Part shown: positions 54,319 to 63,624 of the stretch, one piece after another
How the letters are laid out: every line of letters begins with the position of its first letter
How positions within the stretch are numbered: position 1 is the first letter of the stretch
Sequence record: NC_019401.1
DNA: 64,000 nt
Strand: one strand, 5' to 3'
Position numbers and translations under genes: made by a program
The notes under the pieces: model-generated
Database searches by the model: none
What the model was told of the DNA's origin: nothing
What the model saw: only the letters and a program-made list of their open reading frames with translations

Positions 54319-54606
54319 ATGAATAAGATTCTAGTACGGGGGAACGAGGTTCCCCAAAACTCTGAAGAAATTAGTACTTCAGAATTCATGAATGTAGCAC
54401 TAGCTCAAATTGCTAGTACTGCATTATCAGTACAAAGTTCTGATGAAGCGGAACCAGTACTAACCGCAATGTCCGATATTTTGGAGTTGATGTGCGAGTA
54501 TTTAAAAGCTAAAAATATCGCACCAGATTCATTATTTGAACATGTAGAAGAATTACGAAATACACAAGGAGCTTTCAACAAGAAAGTTGCAGTACTAAAG
54601 GACTGA
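54319..54606 (+). CDS. MazG-like/PRA-PH-like NTP pyrophosphohydrolase homolog, acidic catalytic residues apparently degenerate
   Basis: NKILVRGNEVP and SDILE..I.P..L....R...GAFNKKV align with YNKLVRDKIP / ADILE..GIS...R..RGGF.K. Confidence 0.55.
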   Translation: MNKILVRGNEVPQNSEEISTSEFMNVALAQIASTALSVQSSDEAEPVLTAMSDILELMCEYLKAKNIAPDSLFEHVEELRNTQGAFNKKVAVLKD

Positions 54607-54610
54607 TTTA

Positions 54611-55069
54611 ATGGCTGGAAACAACAATCAATACAATCTTGGCTACGCTTTTTTCCAAGATAAAAATAACGAAGTTCTTTCGAATGATCAACTAAAGCAG
54701 ATGCACCCACTTTTCCGTGTTGGTTATCGTGCTGCTCAAGAAGATTACATGAAGAAGAACAATCGTAATTTCCCAACGGTACTAGCAGATATTCCTAAAC
54801 GGAATGAAGTGTTTGTACCTGACTGGAATGATATTCTTGCAGCAACTCGTCGCCCACGTTTTGATAAGCTTCATAATGTACCAGAGCTTGCTCCAGTACT
54901 GAATGAGATTATTAAATCCGTTGAGAATAAAAAGAATCAAATTAAACGTTATTCTGATGTAGTGCGTTTGGTTAATGAAGCTTTTGACGTAGTGCTTCAA
55001 TATGGATACGAAAGTGGTATTCTAGATGAACACGATCTAAGCAAATACAACTATTCTCCAAAGAAATAA
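54611..55069 (+). CDS. hypothetical protein
   Basis: Operon ORF. Confidence 0.75.
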   Translation: MAGNNNQYNLGYAFFQDKNNEVLSNDQLKQMHPLFRVGYRAAQEDYMKKNNRNFPTVLADIPKRNEVFVPDWNDILAATRRPRFDKLHNVPELAPVLNEIIKSVENKKNQIKRYSDVVRLVNEAFDVVLQYGYESGILDEHDLSKYNYSPKK

Positions 55070-55074
55070 AATTC

Positions 55075-55102
55075 AGGCCACTTAATTGTGGCCTTTTCTT
55101 TT
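55075..55102 (+). terminator. intrinsic terminator
   Basis: AGGCCAC/GTGGCCT plus T run. Confidence 0.75.
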
Positions 55103-55113
55103 AAGGAACACTT

Positions 55114-55677
55114 ATGAAATTAAAGGCTTATACACCAGAAGAAACTGATGAACTTCTGTACAAATTTATCGTGATTGCAACGTATGTTAAGGACATTAAC
55201 GAACGTGCTTACCAGATCATGAGTGGTCGTTATGCTGAATACCTTGAAAACTTTTCGTGGTCAATATTCAAATGGACTCCCGTAGAGTTTGAAGAATTTA
55301 CTAACAAACTAAGCTGCTGGGATAAACCGCACTTTCAACGCAGTTATATAGATCCACGCTTTGATACGAATGATCTTTTCAAAAATAATTTATTTAACGA
55401 AGAAATGCAAATCTTTCGTGGTTCATCCTGGACAAAATATTATGATGATTTTATGGTTAAAAAAGGTTGCAAGAAGCTTTCTGAAGAAGAATTCAATATT
55501 TTGTATGAATCTGCTGATTGTGTGAATTCTTTTGTCATCGATTATGATTTACGTAAAAAATACACTGCACTAATAAAATACGCACACAAGCCGTTTGAAT
55601 TTGATGAATCAGATATTCCGTGGTTAGAACGCATTGATAACCTATATAAAAAGGCGATAGCATGGAATTCAAATTAA
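55114..55677 (+). CDS. tandem paralog 1 of 3 (KY..KPF..ESD family)
   Basis: LIKYAHKPFEFDESDI. Confidence 0.8.
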   Translation: MKLKAYTPEETDELLYKFIVIATYVKDINERAYQIMSGRYAEYLENFSWSIFKWTPVEFEEFTNKLSCWDKPHFQRSYIDPRFDTNDLFKNNLFNEEMQIFRGSSWTKYYDDFMVKKGCKKLSEEEFNILYESADCVNSFVIDYDLRKKYTALIKYAHKPFEFDESDIPWLERIDNLYKKAIAWNSN

Positions 55678-56189
55678 CAGAAAGACAATCTTACGAAATC
55701 CTAAAACATTTAGGTAACTATCGTTCTATTATTGAGAAGGTTAATGCTGAAGCTTATGATATTTTAGAACGATATTATGAGCGTTATATATCTTCGCCAA
55801 AAAATTATTGGTTTAAACCAATGAGTAAGCGAAAGTTCCTTGACAAAATATGCAAAGGTTCTAGTAACATTAATACTCGAACTGATTTCGGCTGGAGAAA
55901 AGAAATTTACTCTTATAATTTTGCTGAAATTAATATTGAGTATCTACGCAAATTTGGTATTGCAGTTGAACCAATTGCTAATATGATTATTGATGAAGCA
56001 TTAGCATGTCCATCTATTAGTTCAAGTTGTGTTGAAGATGTAGATAATATGTATAATCTTTTGATGACATACAGTACTCCACCATTTATTGCAGATACTG
56101 AACTGTTAAATATGTTTCATGAAGTAAAAGAATGCAATGAAAAACGAATTCAATTACTGGAAAATATCGGAATAAAATATGAACTTTGA
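55662..56189 (+). CDS. tandem paralog 2 of 3
   Basis: LMTYSTPPFIADTELL. Confidence 0.75.
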   Translation: MEFKLTERQSYEILKHLGNYRSIIEKVNAEAYDILERYYERYISSPKNYWFKPMSKRKFLDKICKGSSNINTRTDFGWRKEIYSYNFAEINIEYLRKFGIAVEPIANMIIDEALACPSISSSCVEDVDNMYNLLMTYSTPPFIADTELLNMFHEVKECNEKRIQLLENIGIKYEL

Positions 56190-56673
56190 AACTTTGAGTG
56201 TTGAACAAACAAAAGTGTGGATTGAGAACATTCAAAAAACAATTGCTCTTGCAACTGCACTTGAAGATTACATGGATAAGCGTATGACTCAAATGGATGA
56301 AGAATACGCAGCAACATATCATAATGGCTGGCGAAAGTTCTTTTATGATAAAGATTACTGGATTAGTTCTTCTGGTTATGCCTATGCTATGGGTGGAATG
56401 CGTAAGGCTCGTCATGTTACCAGTTTGACCTATGCAGAAGTACTGTTACGGTACTTTGTGCATACGTATAATAAAGGTGAAAAAACTGAGTATGATGAGA
56501 CGTATGAACGTTGGTCTAAATATGCTAAGAAACCATTTGAAGTTCATGAAAGTGATATTATGTTTTATCAAAAGATGAAACGTTTTCATCATGAAGCACA
56601 AGAACTAGCAAAAAAATTAGGGATGGAATATGAAGCATTCAACTTGGATGAAGATTGCAAAGATCGTAGCTGA
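56179..56673 (+). CDS. tandem paralog 3 of 3
   Basis: WSKYAKKPFEVHESDI. Confidence 0.8.
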   Translation: MNFETLSVEQTKVWIENIQKTIALATALEDYMDKRMTQMDEEYAATYHNGWRKFFYDKDYWISSSGYAYAMGGMRKARHVTSLTYAEVLLRYFVHTYNKGEKTEYDETYERWSKYAKKPFEVHESDIMFYQKMKRFHHEAQELAKKLGMEYEAFNLDEDCKDRS

Positions 56674-57103
56674 TGAAAGTAAATGTGTATCACAACATGT
56701 GGGTGCGGTGATTGTAAAAAATGATCGCATTGTAAGTACTGGATATAATGGTACACCATCAAAACAAGAAAACTGTTGTGATGCAAATGCACATTTAGTA
56801 CACAATGGTGAATTTCAAAATTGGGTATCAGATGATGCAAAACATGAGCATCATACCTGGAGCCAGTTACATGAATTACATGCTGAACACAATGCTCTTT
56901 TATTTGCAAATCCCCTTGACAGGGAAGGAGCAACATTGTATTGTACACTACAGCCATGTTTCGTGTGTTCACTACTAATTGCTGGATCTGGTATTAAGCG
57001 TGTGATCTATGAAACTGAATATCACCGTACACCAACAGAAGCACTTGATGTTTTGAAAAATGCTGGTATAATTGTACAAAGATTATCAGATGTTGAGGAA
57101 TAA
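56630..57103 (+). CDS. cd: dCMP deaminase
   Basis: S.C....VGAVIV..GYNG.P; HAE; PC..C Zn motif. Confidence 0.93.
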   Translation: MKHSTWMKIAKIVADESKCVSQHVGAVIVKNDRIVSTGYNGTPSKQENCCDANAHLVHNGEFQNWVSDDAKHEHHTWSQLHELHAEHNALLFANPLDREGATLYCTLQPCFVCSLLIAGSGIKRVIYETEYHRTPTEALDVLKNAGIIVQRLSDVEE

Positions 57104-57106
57104 AAA

Positions 57107-57373
57107 ATGAAATTTTTAGTTATTTTAATTTTTCTTACTTTTGCAGTGGCATTCACAAGCGTTGTACTATATTCATTATTTGGTCGTGGTAATTCAGCAC
57201 CACGGAAAAATATTCGCAATTATAAAGTACGTTTTGATGCAGCAAAAGAAAAGTACTATATTGTAAATCAGCTTGATACGCACGATGAACCAGTAACAAA
57301 CAGTTTAGGTTTTCGTGTTATGTATAAAGACAAACCTAAAGCAGAGTTTGTTGCTGAAAAATACAATGCATAA
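57107..57373 (+). CDS. hypothetical protein with N-terminal TM helix
   Basis: GAGG RBS. Confidence 0.75.
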   Translation: MKFLVILIFLTFAVAFTSVVLYSLFGRGNSAPRKNIRNYKVRFDAAKEKYYIVNQLDTHDEPVTNSLGFRVMYKDKPKAEFVAEKYNA

Positions 57374-57402
57374 AAAAAGGAGCCAGTTGGCTCCTTTTTG
57401 TT
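57373..57402. terminator. bidirectional intrinsic terminator
   Basis: A7-GGAGCCA/TGGCTCC-T5 between convergent genes. Confidence 0.88.
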
Positions 57403-57415
57403 TTTATACTTTTAA

Positions 57416-58327
57416 TTAAGCAGTTACAGTTACAACAACGGTATCGGTTTTAGAACCGTCAGCAGTTGTTACAGTAATGGTTGCAGTACCAGCTTTAACA
57501 CCAGTAATTACTGCGATATGAGTTGCACCAGCTTTAGGTGCTACAGTAGCAACAGTTGGGTCAGATGAAGTAAATGTACGATTCAAGTTACTTGCATTAC
57601 TTGGAGTAATCGCAGTACTATCTTCAACAGTTGCACCTACTGCTACAGTTGCAGTCTTGTTAGCAAACGCAACACTTTGTACAGCAGTAGATACTGTGTA
57701 TGCACATGTTGCAGTTTTAGATCCATCAACAGTTGTTACAGTAATAGTAGCAGTACCATTAGCTACACCAGTAACTAAACCAGTAGAACTAACGGACGCA
57801 ATTGATGGTGCACTTGATGACCATGTAACATTCTTATTAGTTGCACCAGCAGGAAGTACTGTAGCAGTTAGTTGTTCAGTACCGTTAACAAATAGTGCAG
57901 AAGTGATTTTGTTAAGTGATACACTCGCTACACTAATAGTACCTTGGCCTGAATAACTATCCAAAAACACAACAGAGCCATCTTGTAAAACAACTTTGTT
58001 TAGTAGTAAACGAACAGCGAAACCAACAACAGCACCACTTGAATTTGAAATACTAATGCAGAAAGTACCGTTTGGTAGAGCATCAGCCAATGCAGAAGCA
58101 GAGGAAGCAGGGTTAAGATTCGCACCATTTTTATCTACACCAGTAATTTTTACGAAAGGATATAGAGTCGCCCCATCAGCACTGATCAAATCAAATACAT
58201 TGATTGAACGTTGTTTACTGATACGGACGTTTGTTAATTTAGTACCATTCGATAAAACAGCAGCATCAACATTGATGCCATCAAGACCGAATGGTGATTT
58301 ATTACGACCGGCAATTGGTTTTCCCAT
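57416..58327 (-). CDS. virion-type protein with two C-terminal Ig-like (Big_2) domains
   Basis: LTATVLP..ATNKNVTWSSS.PSIASVSSTGLVTGVA.GTATITVTT.DG repeated. Confidence 0.9.
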   Translation of the reverse strand: MGKPIAGRNKSPFGLDGINVDAAVLSNGTKLTNVRISKQRSINVFDLISADGATLYPFVKITGVDKNGANLNPASSASALADALPNGTFCISISNSSGAVVGFAVRLLLNKVVLQDGSVVFLDSYSGQGTISVASVSLNKITSALFVNGTEQLTATVLPAGATNKNVTWSSSAPSIASVSSTGLVTGVANGTATITVTTVDGSKTATCAYTVSTAVQSVAFANKTATVAVGATVEDSTAITPSNASNLNRTFTSSDPTVATVAPKAGATHIAVITGVKAGTATITVTTADGSKTDTVVVTVTA

Positions 58328-58484
58328 AATTATAATCTCCTAGAGAATCATTTATATATTAATATTTATCCAGTACAAGCCCGAAAATGTATTAATTATC
58401 ACTTGACACGAAAACAATAAGCTGCTATACTTTTCAAAGATTTATGAATTTTATATAGTTCAAAATATTTACCTGAAAATTATT

Positions 58485-58512
58485 GAAACGTAAGAAATTT
58501 TTCTGGTATAAT
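58485..58512 (+). promoter_or_regulatory. putative phage middle promoter GAAACR-N13-TGGTATAAT
   Basis: GAAACG 58485-58490, TGGTATAAT 58504-58512. Confidence 0.6.
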
Positions 58513-58520
58513 GAACACAT

Positions 58521-58568
58521 CAAGGTGAAGTAGCCTTGCAATCACAATGACTAAGGGAGTCTTAGATT
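58521..58568 (+). promoter_or_regulatory. two-hairpin 5' leader of NadM-Nudix gene
   Basis: CAAGGT-GAAGTA-GCCTTG, then ACTAAGGGAGTCTTAGAT (58550-58567). Confidence 0.6.
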
Positions 58569-59666
58569 ATGAAAAATGAAAAAGTTTATGTATATATTGG
58601 TCGTTTTCAAATGGCACATGCTGGACACGAAGCGACAATCAAACATGCACTTGAAAATGCAGACCGTTTGGTAATTCTTGTTGGCAGTTCTGAACTTGCA
58701 CGTGATCCTAAAAATCCGTTCACCTTTGAAGAACGTCACCAGGTACTGGATGCTATGAGTAGTCGTTTAGCACAGGAAGAATGGGCTAAAGGGCGTTCGG
58801 TAAAGATTAACATCTTACCAATCCACGATTACGTTTATAACAACAGCAAATGGTTGAAAGAAGTACACGAAAAAGTCAAATCTGTAACCAGTTCTTCAAA
58901 TATCTTTATCACTGGTTGTCAGAAAGAAGCTGATGAAAGTACTTTCTATCTGAACTTCTTCCCACAATGGCAACAGGATTTTATTTCTGAGCAAAAAGTA
59001 ATGTCTTTAGATACTCGTGGTGTTCCAACTCCAATGAGTACTATCAACAGTACTGAAATGCGTAATCAATTCTTCAGTACTAAACAAATTCCTGAAGAAC
59101 TGCCAGAAGAAACCAAAGAGTTTCTACAGAAGTTTATGCACACTAAACCAATTGTGTTTGATACGTTGATTGGTGAATTTAATTTCGTACAACGTTATCG
59201 TGCACAAATGAAAGAACAACTACCATATGACAACATTCCGTTCTTAACTGGCGATTCAATGGTCGTATGTGCTGGTCATGTTCTTGTAGTTAAACGCCGC
59301 ACTTTCCCAGGTAAAGGTTTATACGCACTTCCTGGTGGTTTCTTTGATGCGTGGAAAGATAAAGACCAAATTCAAACTGCACTACGCGAATTGAAAGAAG
59401 AAACGAAAATCGATGTTCCACTAAAAGTACTTGAAGGTTCAATCCGTGAAAGTATGGAATTCGGTGATTTCAATCGTTCCTTACGCTGGCGTATTATCAC
59501 CAAATGTGCTTACATCCAACTTCAGGACAATACTTTACCAAAAGTAAAAGGTGCTGATGATGCAGAAAAAGCATTCTGGATGCCACTTGGTGAAATTGTT
59601 CAGAACCGTGATAAGTTCTTTGAAGACCATCTAAGTATCATCGATACTTTCTTGGGTATTCTTTAA
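58569..59666 (+). CDS. natV: bifunctional NMN adenylyltransferase / Nudix ADP-ribose pyrophosphatase (NadM-Nudix)
   Basis: IGRFQ..H.GH, KNPFTFEER, STEMR; Nudix box PGGF...ALRELKEET; DDAEKAFW; FFEDH. Confidence 0.93.
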   Translation: MKNEKVYVYIGRFQMAHAGHEATIKHALENADRLVILVGSSELARDPKNPFTFEERHQVLDAMSSRLAQEEWAKGRSVKINILPIHDYVYNNSKWLKEVHEKVKSVTSSSNIFITGCQKEADESTFYLNFFPQWQQDFISEQKVMSLDTRGVPTPMSTINSTEMRNQFFSTKQIPEELPEETKEFLQKFMHTKPIVFDTLIGEFNFVQRYRAQMKEQLPYDNIPFLTGDSMVVCAGHVLVVKRRTFPGKGLYALPGGFFDAWKDKDQIQTALRELKEETKIDVPLKVLEGSIRESMEFGDFNRSLRWRIITKCAYIQLQDNTLPKVKGADDAEKAFWMPLGEIVQNRDKFFEDHLSIIDTFLGIL

Positions 59667-59672
59667 TAGTTT

Positions 59673-59698
59673 TGGAGTACTTCGGTACTCCAATTTTT
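59673..59698 (+). terminator. intrinsic terminator
   Basis: TTGGAGTAC-TTCG-GTACTCCAA plus T run. Confidence 0.88.
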
Positions 59699-59712
59699 AA
59701 GTAAGAGGGATT

Positions 59713-60228
59713 ATGTTGTACTGTCAACCGGAAAGTTTTTACAATGAAATGAAATATATTTCTGATAATAAAGAAGACTTTCCAAAGAAACTAAAAGCTG
59801 CGAATTACAATATACCAAATGAACTTTCAAATATCGACCCTATATCATTTTTGATTAAAATGGTATTAACTGAACCTGAACCTGATGAGAATTCTATATA
59901 TGCACTAAGAACGTATGGCACTTACAATTCAACTCAGGTTAACAGTACTGATAGGATAATGCAGGTATATTACGCAACAGTGAGTGATGGTTGTCTTTTT
60001 GTATCTAATCCAAGCGTTGCAAGTATTACATTTGAAGATTCTAAAATGTATTTTACATCATCTGATGAATACGGTGATGAGTACTGGTTTACATTGGAAG
60101 ATATAGCAGAAAATAAACATAATAATCCTTATGCAGAAAGTTCGTACATACGGTACGGAAAAGATATTTTTAATCCTAATAATTTAATGGCTAAAATACC
60201 ACTTAATTTATTACAGAATTTGGTATAA
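59713..60228 (+). CDS. hypothetical protein
   Basis: GAGG RBS. Confidence 0.75.
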   Translation: MLYCQPESFYNEMKYISDNKEDFPKKLKAANYNIPNELSNIDPISFLIKMVLTEPEPDENSIYALRTYGTYNSTQVNSTDRIMQVYYATVSDGCLFVSNPSVASITFEDSKMYFTSSDEYGDEYWFTLEDIAENKHNNPYAESSYIRYGKDIFNPNNLMAKIPLNLLQNLV

Positions 60229-60239
60229 CCAAAATAACC

Positions 60240-60287
60240 GAAAGCGTTGTAGCTTTCATAAAACTTAATACTAAGGGAGTCTTAGAT
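60240..60287 (+). promoter_or_regulatory. two-hairpin 5' leader of NAMPT gene
   Basis: TGGTATAAC at 60221; GAAAGC-GTTGTA-GCTTTC, then ACTAAGGGAGTCTTAGAT (60270-60287). Confidence 0.6.
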
Positions 60288-61775
60288 ATGAACACAATTA
60301 TTAATGACAATGTAAACTTTATTCTCAACGTTGATTCTTACAAAACTGGTCACGGCTTTATGATGAAAGAGGGTGTTGTAGCTCTTGAATCAAATATCAT
60401 TGCTCGTAAACCATCTAAGTACACGACTCATGTTGTAATGGCTGGTCTTCAGTACTACATTCAGAAGTACTTGAATATTACCATTACCGTTGATGATATT
60501 GATGAAGCAGAACTTGAAACAGAACAACGTGGCGATGATTTTGATCGCGGCTTTTGGGAACATATTGTTGAAGTACATGGTGGTAAAATTCCAGTACATA
60601 TTCGTGCAGTTCCAGAAGGTACTGTTGTTCCGGTTGGCTGTCCGTTGGTGCGTTCTTTCAGTACTGATCCTCGTGTTTGCGTAATCGCAAGTTATATCGA
60701 GACTCAGTTACAACGTGCAGTATGGTTCCCAACTACTGTAGCAAGTAATGCACGTAGCATTAAAGAATTTTTAGCAGATACAATGGAGCGTCATGCAGGT
60801 CATCGCTTTGTTGATTACCAGCTTCATAACTTCGGAGATCGTGGTGCGTCAAGTTTTGAATCAGCAATTCTTGCTGGTATGTCTCACGCAATGATTTTCA
60901 GTGGTTCTGACTGTTTATCTGCGAACCGTTATATTAAACGTTACTTCCACACTGATAAAGCATATTTGAGCAGTGTGACTGCAAGTGAACATAGTGCAAC
61001 ATGTTCAAACTCAGATGCGGATCGCCGCGATGATTTCAACATGGCTGTAAAAATGGTTCGTTTGTGGGAGAAGAAAGTCAATAAATTCATTGCTAATGGT
61101 TCAGTCGGTGTTCCACCAATTGTTTCCGTTGTAATTGATACTTATGATGCGTACCGTTTTGTCCGTGAATTTATGGGTACTCGTCTTAAAGCGACCATTG
61201 AAGAAATCGGCAAACGTTGCCCAGGTGCTAAATTAGTTATGCGTCCTGACAGTGGCGACCCAACTACTATGCCTATCGAAATTATCGAAATTTTGATGGA
61301 GAAATTTGGTTTCACTGTAAATGACCAAGGATATAAAGTACTTCCATCTTATATCGGTGTTATTCAGGGTGATGGTATTAACGAAGATAGCATTCGTCAA
61401 ATCGTAGCTAATCTTGATGCTAAACGTCTTTCTGTTGAAAACTTAGCATTTGGTATGGGTGGTAAACTTGTACATCCAGAAAAAGGCCGCGATACTTATA
61501 GCTTTGCTATGAAAGGTTCTGCACAGCAATTAGCTGACGGTACTTGGGAAGACCTTTTCAAAGACCCAATTACTGATGTTGGTAAACGTTCTCTCCGTGG
61601 GCGGGTAACCACTTATGAGTGCACTAATACTCATAAAATTATTGCAGAACGTATTGAACTACAAGAAGTCAATCCATTCCTACGTGATATGATGGTTGAC
61701 GTATACGTTAACGGTGAGATCATGAATCTCAGTAACTTCGATGAAGTGCGTGAGCGTGCAAACAAAGGTTTGTAA
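60288..61775 (+). CDS. nadV: nicotinamide phosphoribosyltransferase (NAMPT)
   Basis: DSYK..H; GLQYYI; WFPTTVAS; LHNFGDRG; SEHS; VIDTYD; RPDSGDP; IQGDG; FGMGG; KDP.TD.GKRS.RG. Confidence 0.96.
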   Translation: MNTIINDNVNFILNVDSYKTGHGFMMKEGVVALESNIIARKPSKYTTHVVMAGLQYYIQKYLNITITVDDIDEAELETEQRGDDFDRGFWEHIVEVHGGKIPVHIRAVPEGTVVPVGCPLVRSFSTDPRVCVIASYIETQLQRAVWFPTTVASNARSIKEFLADTMERHAGHRFVDYQLHNFGDRGASSFESAILAGMSHAMIFSGSDCLSANRYIKRYFHTDKAYLSSVTASEHSATCSNSDADRRDDFNMAVKMVRLWEKKVNKFIANGSVGVPPIVSVVIDTYDAYRFVREFMGTRLKATIEEIGKRCPGAKLVMRPDSGDPTTMPIEIIEILMEKFGFTVNDQGYKVLPSYIGVIQGDGINEDSIRQIVANLDAKRLSVENLAFGMGGKLVHPEKGRDTYSFAMKGSAQQLADGTWEDLFKDPITDVGKRSLRGRVTTYECTNTHKIIAERIELQEVNPFLRDMMVDVYVNGEIMNLSNFDEVRERANKGL

Positions 61776-61780
61776 TTTTT

Positions 61781-61806
61781 AGGGGGCTTTATGCCCCCTT
61801 CTTTTT
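61781..61806 (+). terminator. intrinsic terminator
   Basis: AGGGGGC-TTTAT-GCCCCCT plus T run. Confidence 0.8.
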
Positions 61807-61817
61807 AAGGTAGATAA

Positions 61818-62030
61818 ATGCTGGAAGTAATGAAGTGTATTGCATTAAGTATAGCTGTAATTGGTTTTGGCTTATCAGTACTTGCACCATTATTTCTACA
61901 TTTTAAAACTGAAGTACAGAATTCTTCAAACATAATAAAAGTACTTGTGTTGTGTATTTCAGTAATAGTTCTTGTACTATATTTTACAATTTTATTTTAT
62001 TTTATTTGGATATATAATGGGTTCATTTAA
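61818..62030 (+). CDS. hypothetical membrane protein
   Basis: Two TM segments. Confidence 0.65.
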   Translation: MLEVMKCIALSIAVIGFGLSVLAPLFLHFKTEVQNSSNIIKVLVLCISVIVLVLYFTILFYFIWIYNGFI

Positions 62031-62955
62031 CACAACATGTTCGGTTTCTCGCCTACCTATTGGTATGGGTGATGAAGTAAAGATTTTCTTTCTAATTAAA
62101 AATCCATACAATGATACGCACAAATGCTATATTAATGATAACTGGAATTTATTTGGTCTTCCGCTAGATGCAATCTATGATGATTATGGCAAATATGAAT
62201 TAGTAGAAAATGAAAAAAATATACGTATTTGGGAAACATACGCACGAGAGTTTAAAAAACGTATCGTAGAGCGTGAACAGGGTCCAAACCAATTTCATGA
62301 TTGTCCGGTATCTCGCAGCGACATTACTTTTAGTACTATTCAAGACGCCATTTGGGAAAGTCGTGCTAATCTAGAGCATAAATTTTTGGATGATAATTCT
62401 GTTGATCTGAAAATCGAAATCATGGCTATTCATAAAAAAGTATATGATTCTATTAGTACTGAATTTGATTGTTGGCGTGGTAAAATTGTCCTTGAAGATA
62501 AAATCAAAGAAATACAAAGCGAACACCGCTTCCCATATTATTTGAACTGCACTGAATTTTTGGAATCATTCGATGAAGATGATGAAAAATTATATGATGG
62601 TGATGAATTAACAGAAGAAGGCAATAAACTACTAAGCCTAAAAATCGAATTAGAGTGGACGATTGATGGACTGATAAAAACACCTAGAATATATGAAGAT
62701 GTTAACATTTATATCAATCACAGCATGGGAATCTACAATCTTGTCGAATACACAGTGCCAGAATATGCAGATTTTGCTCCAGAATTTATTCAGAAATATT
62801 TGTTCGAATGTAACATGACCATGTTGAATATTGAGTATTGTCCAGCAATTACATCAGGCCAATCTTACAATTTTATGAAGCAGGTTGCATTTCATGAAAG
62901 TATTGTTGAACTGGCAAAAGAACTACATCAAACACACGACAATTGGGATGATTAA
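62017..62955 (+). CDS. conserved phage hypothetical protein
   Basis: MGSFNTTC.VS.LPI..GD..F.L..LP..A.YDDYG pattern; start reassigned. Confidence 0.8.
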   Translation: MGSFNTTCSVSRLPIGMGDEVKIFFLIKNPYNDTHKCYINDNWNLFGLPLDAIYDDYGKYELVENEKNIRIWETYAREFKKRIVEREQGPNQFHDCPVSRSDITFSTIQDAIWESRANLEHKFLDDNSVDLKIEIMAIHKKVYDSISTEFDCWRGKIVLEDKIKEIQSEHRFPYYLNCTEFLESFDEDDEKLYDGDELTEEGNKLLSLKIELEWTIDGLIKTPRIYEDVNIYINHSMGIYNLVEYTVPEYADFAPEFIQKYLFECNMTMLNIEYCPAITSGQSYNFMKQVAFHESIVELAKELHQTHDNWDD

Positions 62956-62957
62956 AT

Positions 62958-63158
62958 ATGTTAAAATTGATACTAATTATATCCGTTATTGCATACATCA
63001 TTGTGGGATTTTTAACTTATACTGAATATAAAAAGAAGTTTAATTCAGAAGAAAAAATCTCAACCAAAAAAGTTATCTATATAGTCATTCATGGTTTTTT
63101 ATATGTATTGATTGGATTACTAATTGCAGTACTAGGATATTTGATTTTAACTATGTGA
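62958..63158 (+). CDS. hypothetical membrane protein
   Basis: Two TM segments. Confidence 0.65.
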   Translation: MLKLILIISVIAYIIVGFLTYTEYKKKFNSEEKISTKKVIYIVIHGFLYVLIGLLIAVLGYLILTM

Positions 63159-63165
63159 GGAAATT

Positions 63166-63612
63166 ATGGCTGGCAAAGGATTCGTCGGCCTTTCCCTTGA
63201 TAAAGAACAGGGAAAGGAAATACAAAAAATATTTAAACTAGCAGGGATCGACTGCTTGACTCCATCAAAATTTCATGTTACAGTGATGTACGATGAAAGT
63301 GAACCTGAAATAGAACTACTTTCTAATGATAAGACTTATAAAGCGAAAATCACTGGAGTAGAGCGTTTAGGTAAACCAGGTGGTGAGTGGGAAGCAATTG
63401 CTCTTTTACTTGATTCACCAGAAATTGAGAAGCGGCATAAAGAGTTGCAAAATGCAGGGTTCAAGCACAAGCATCCTAGTTTTAAATGCCATATGAGTAT
63501 CGTATATAAACCAAAAGATACTGATGAAGATTTAATTGAGTTGATTTATAAATTGGGCGTTCTACCAGAAGAATTAATCTTTGGTGATGAACATTTAGGC
63601 ACAACTGTTTAA
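63166..63612 (+). CDS. acb1: Acb1-like (T4 gp57B) 2H phosphoesterase, putative anti-CBASS nuclease
   Basis: HVTVMY and HMSIVY 2H motifs; LLLDS..EKRH...GFKH pattern as in T4 57B. Confidence 0.82.
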   Translation: MAGKGFVGLSLDKEQGKEIQKIFKLAGIDCLTPSKFHVTVMYDESEPEIELLSNDKTYKAKITGVERLGKPGGEWEAIALLLDSPEIEKRHKELQNAGFKHKHPSFKCHMSIVYKPKDTDEDLIELIYKLGVLPEELIFGDEHLGTTV

Positions 63613-63624
63613 TTGGTATAAAAA

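Noticed and set aside
57657-58343. Plus-strand ORFs 57657..57956 and 57996..58343
   Set aside because: Antisense shadows of the Ig-domain gene
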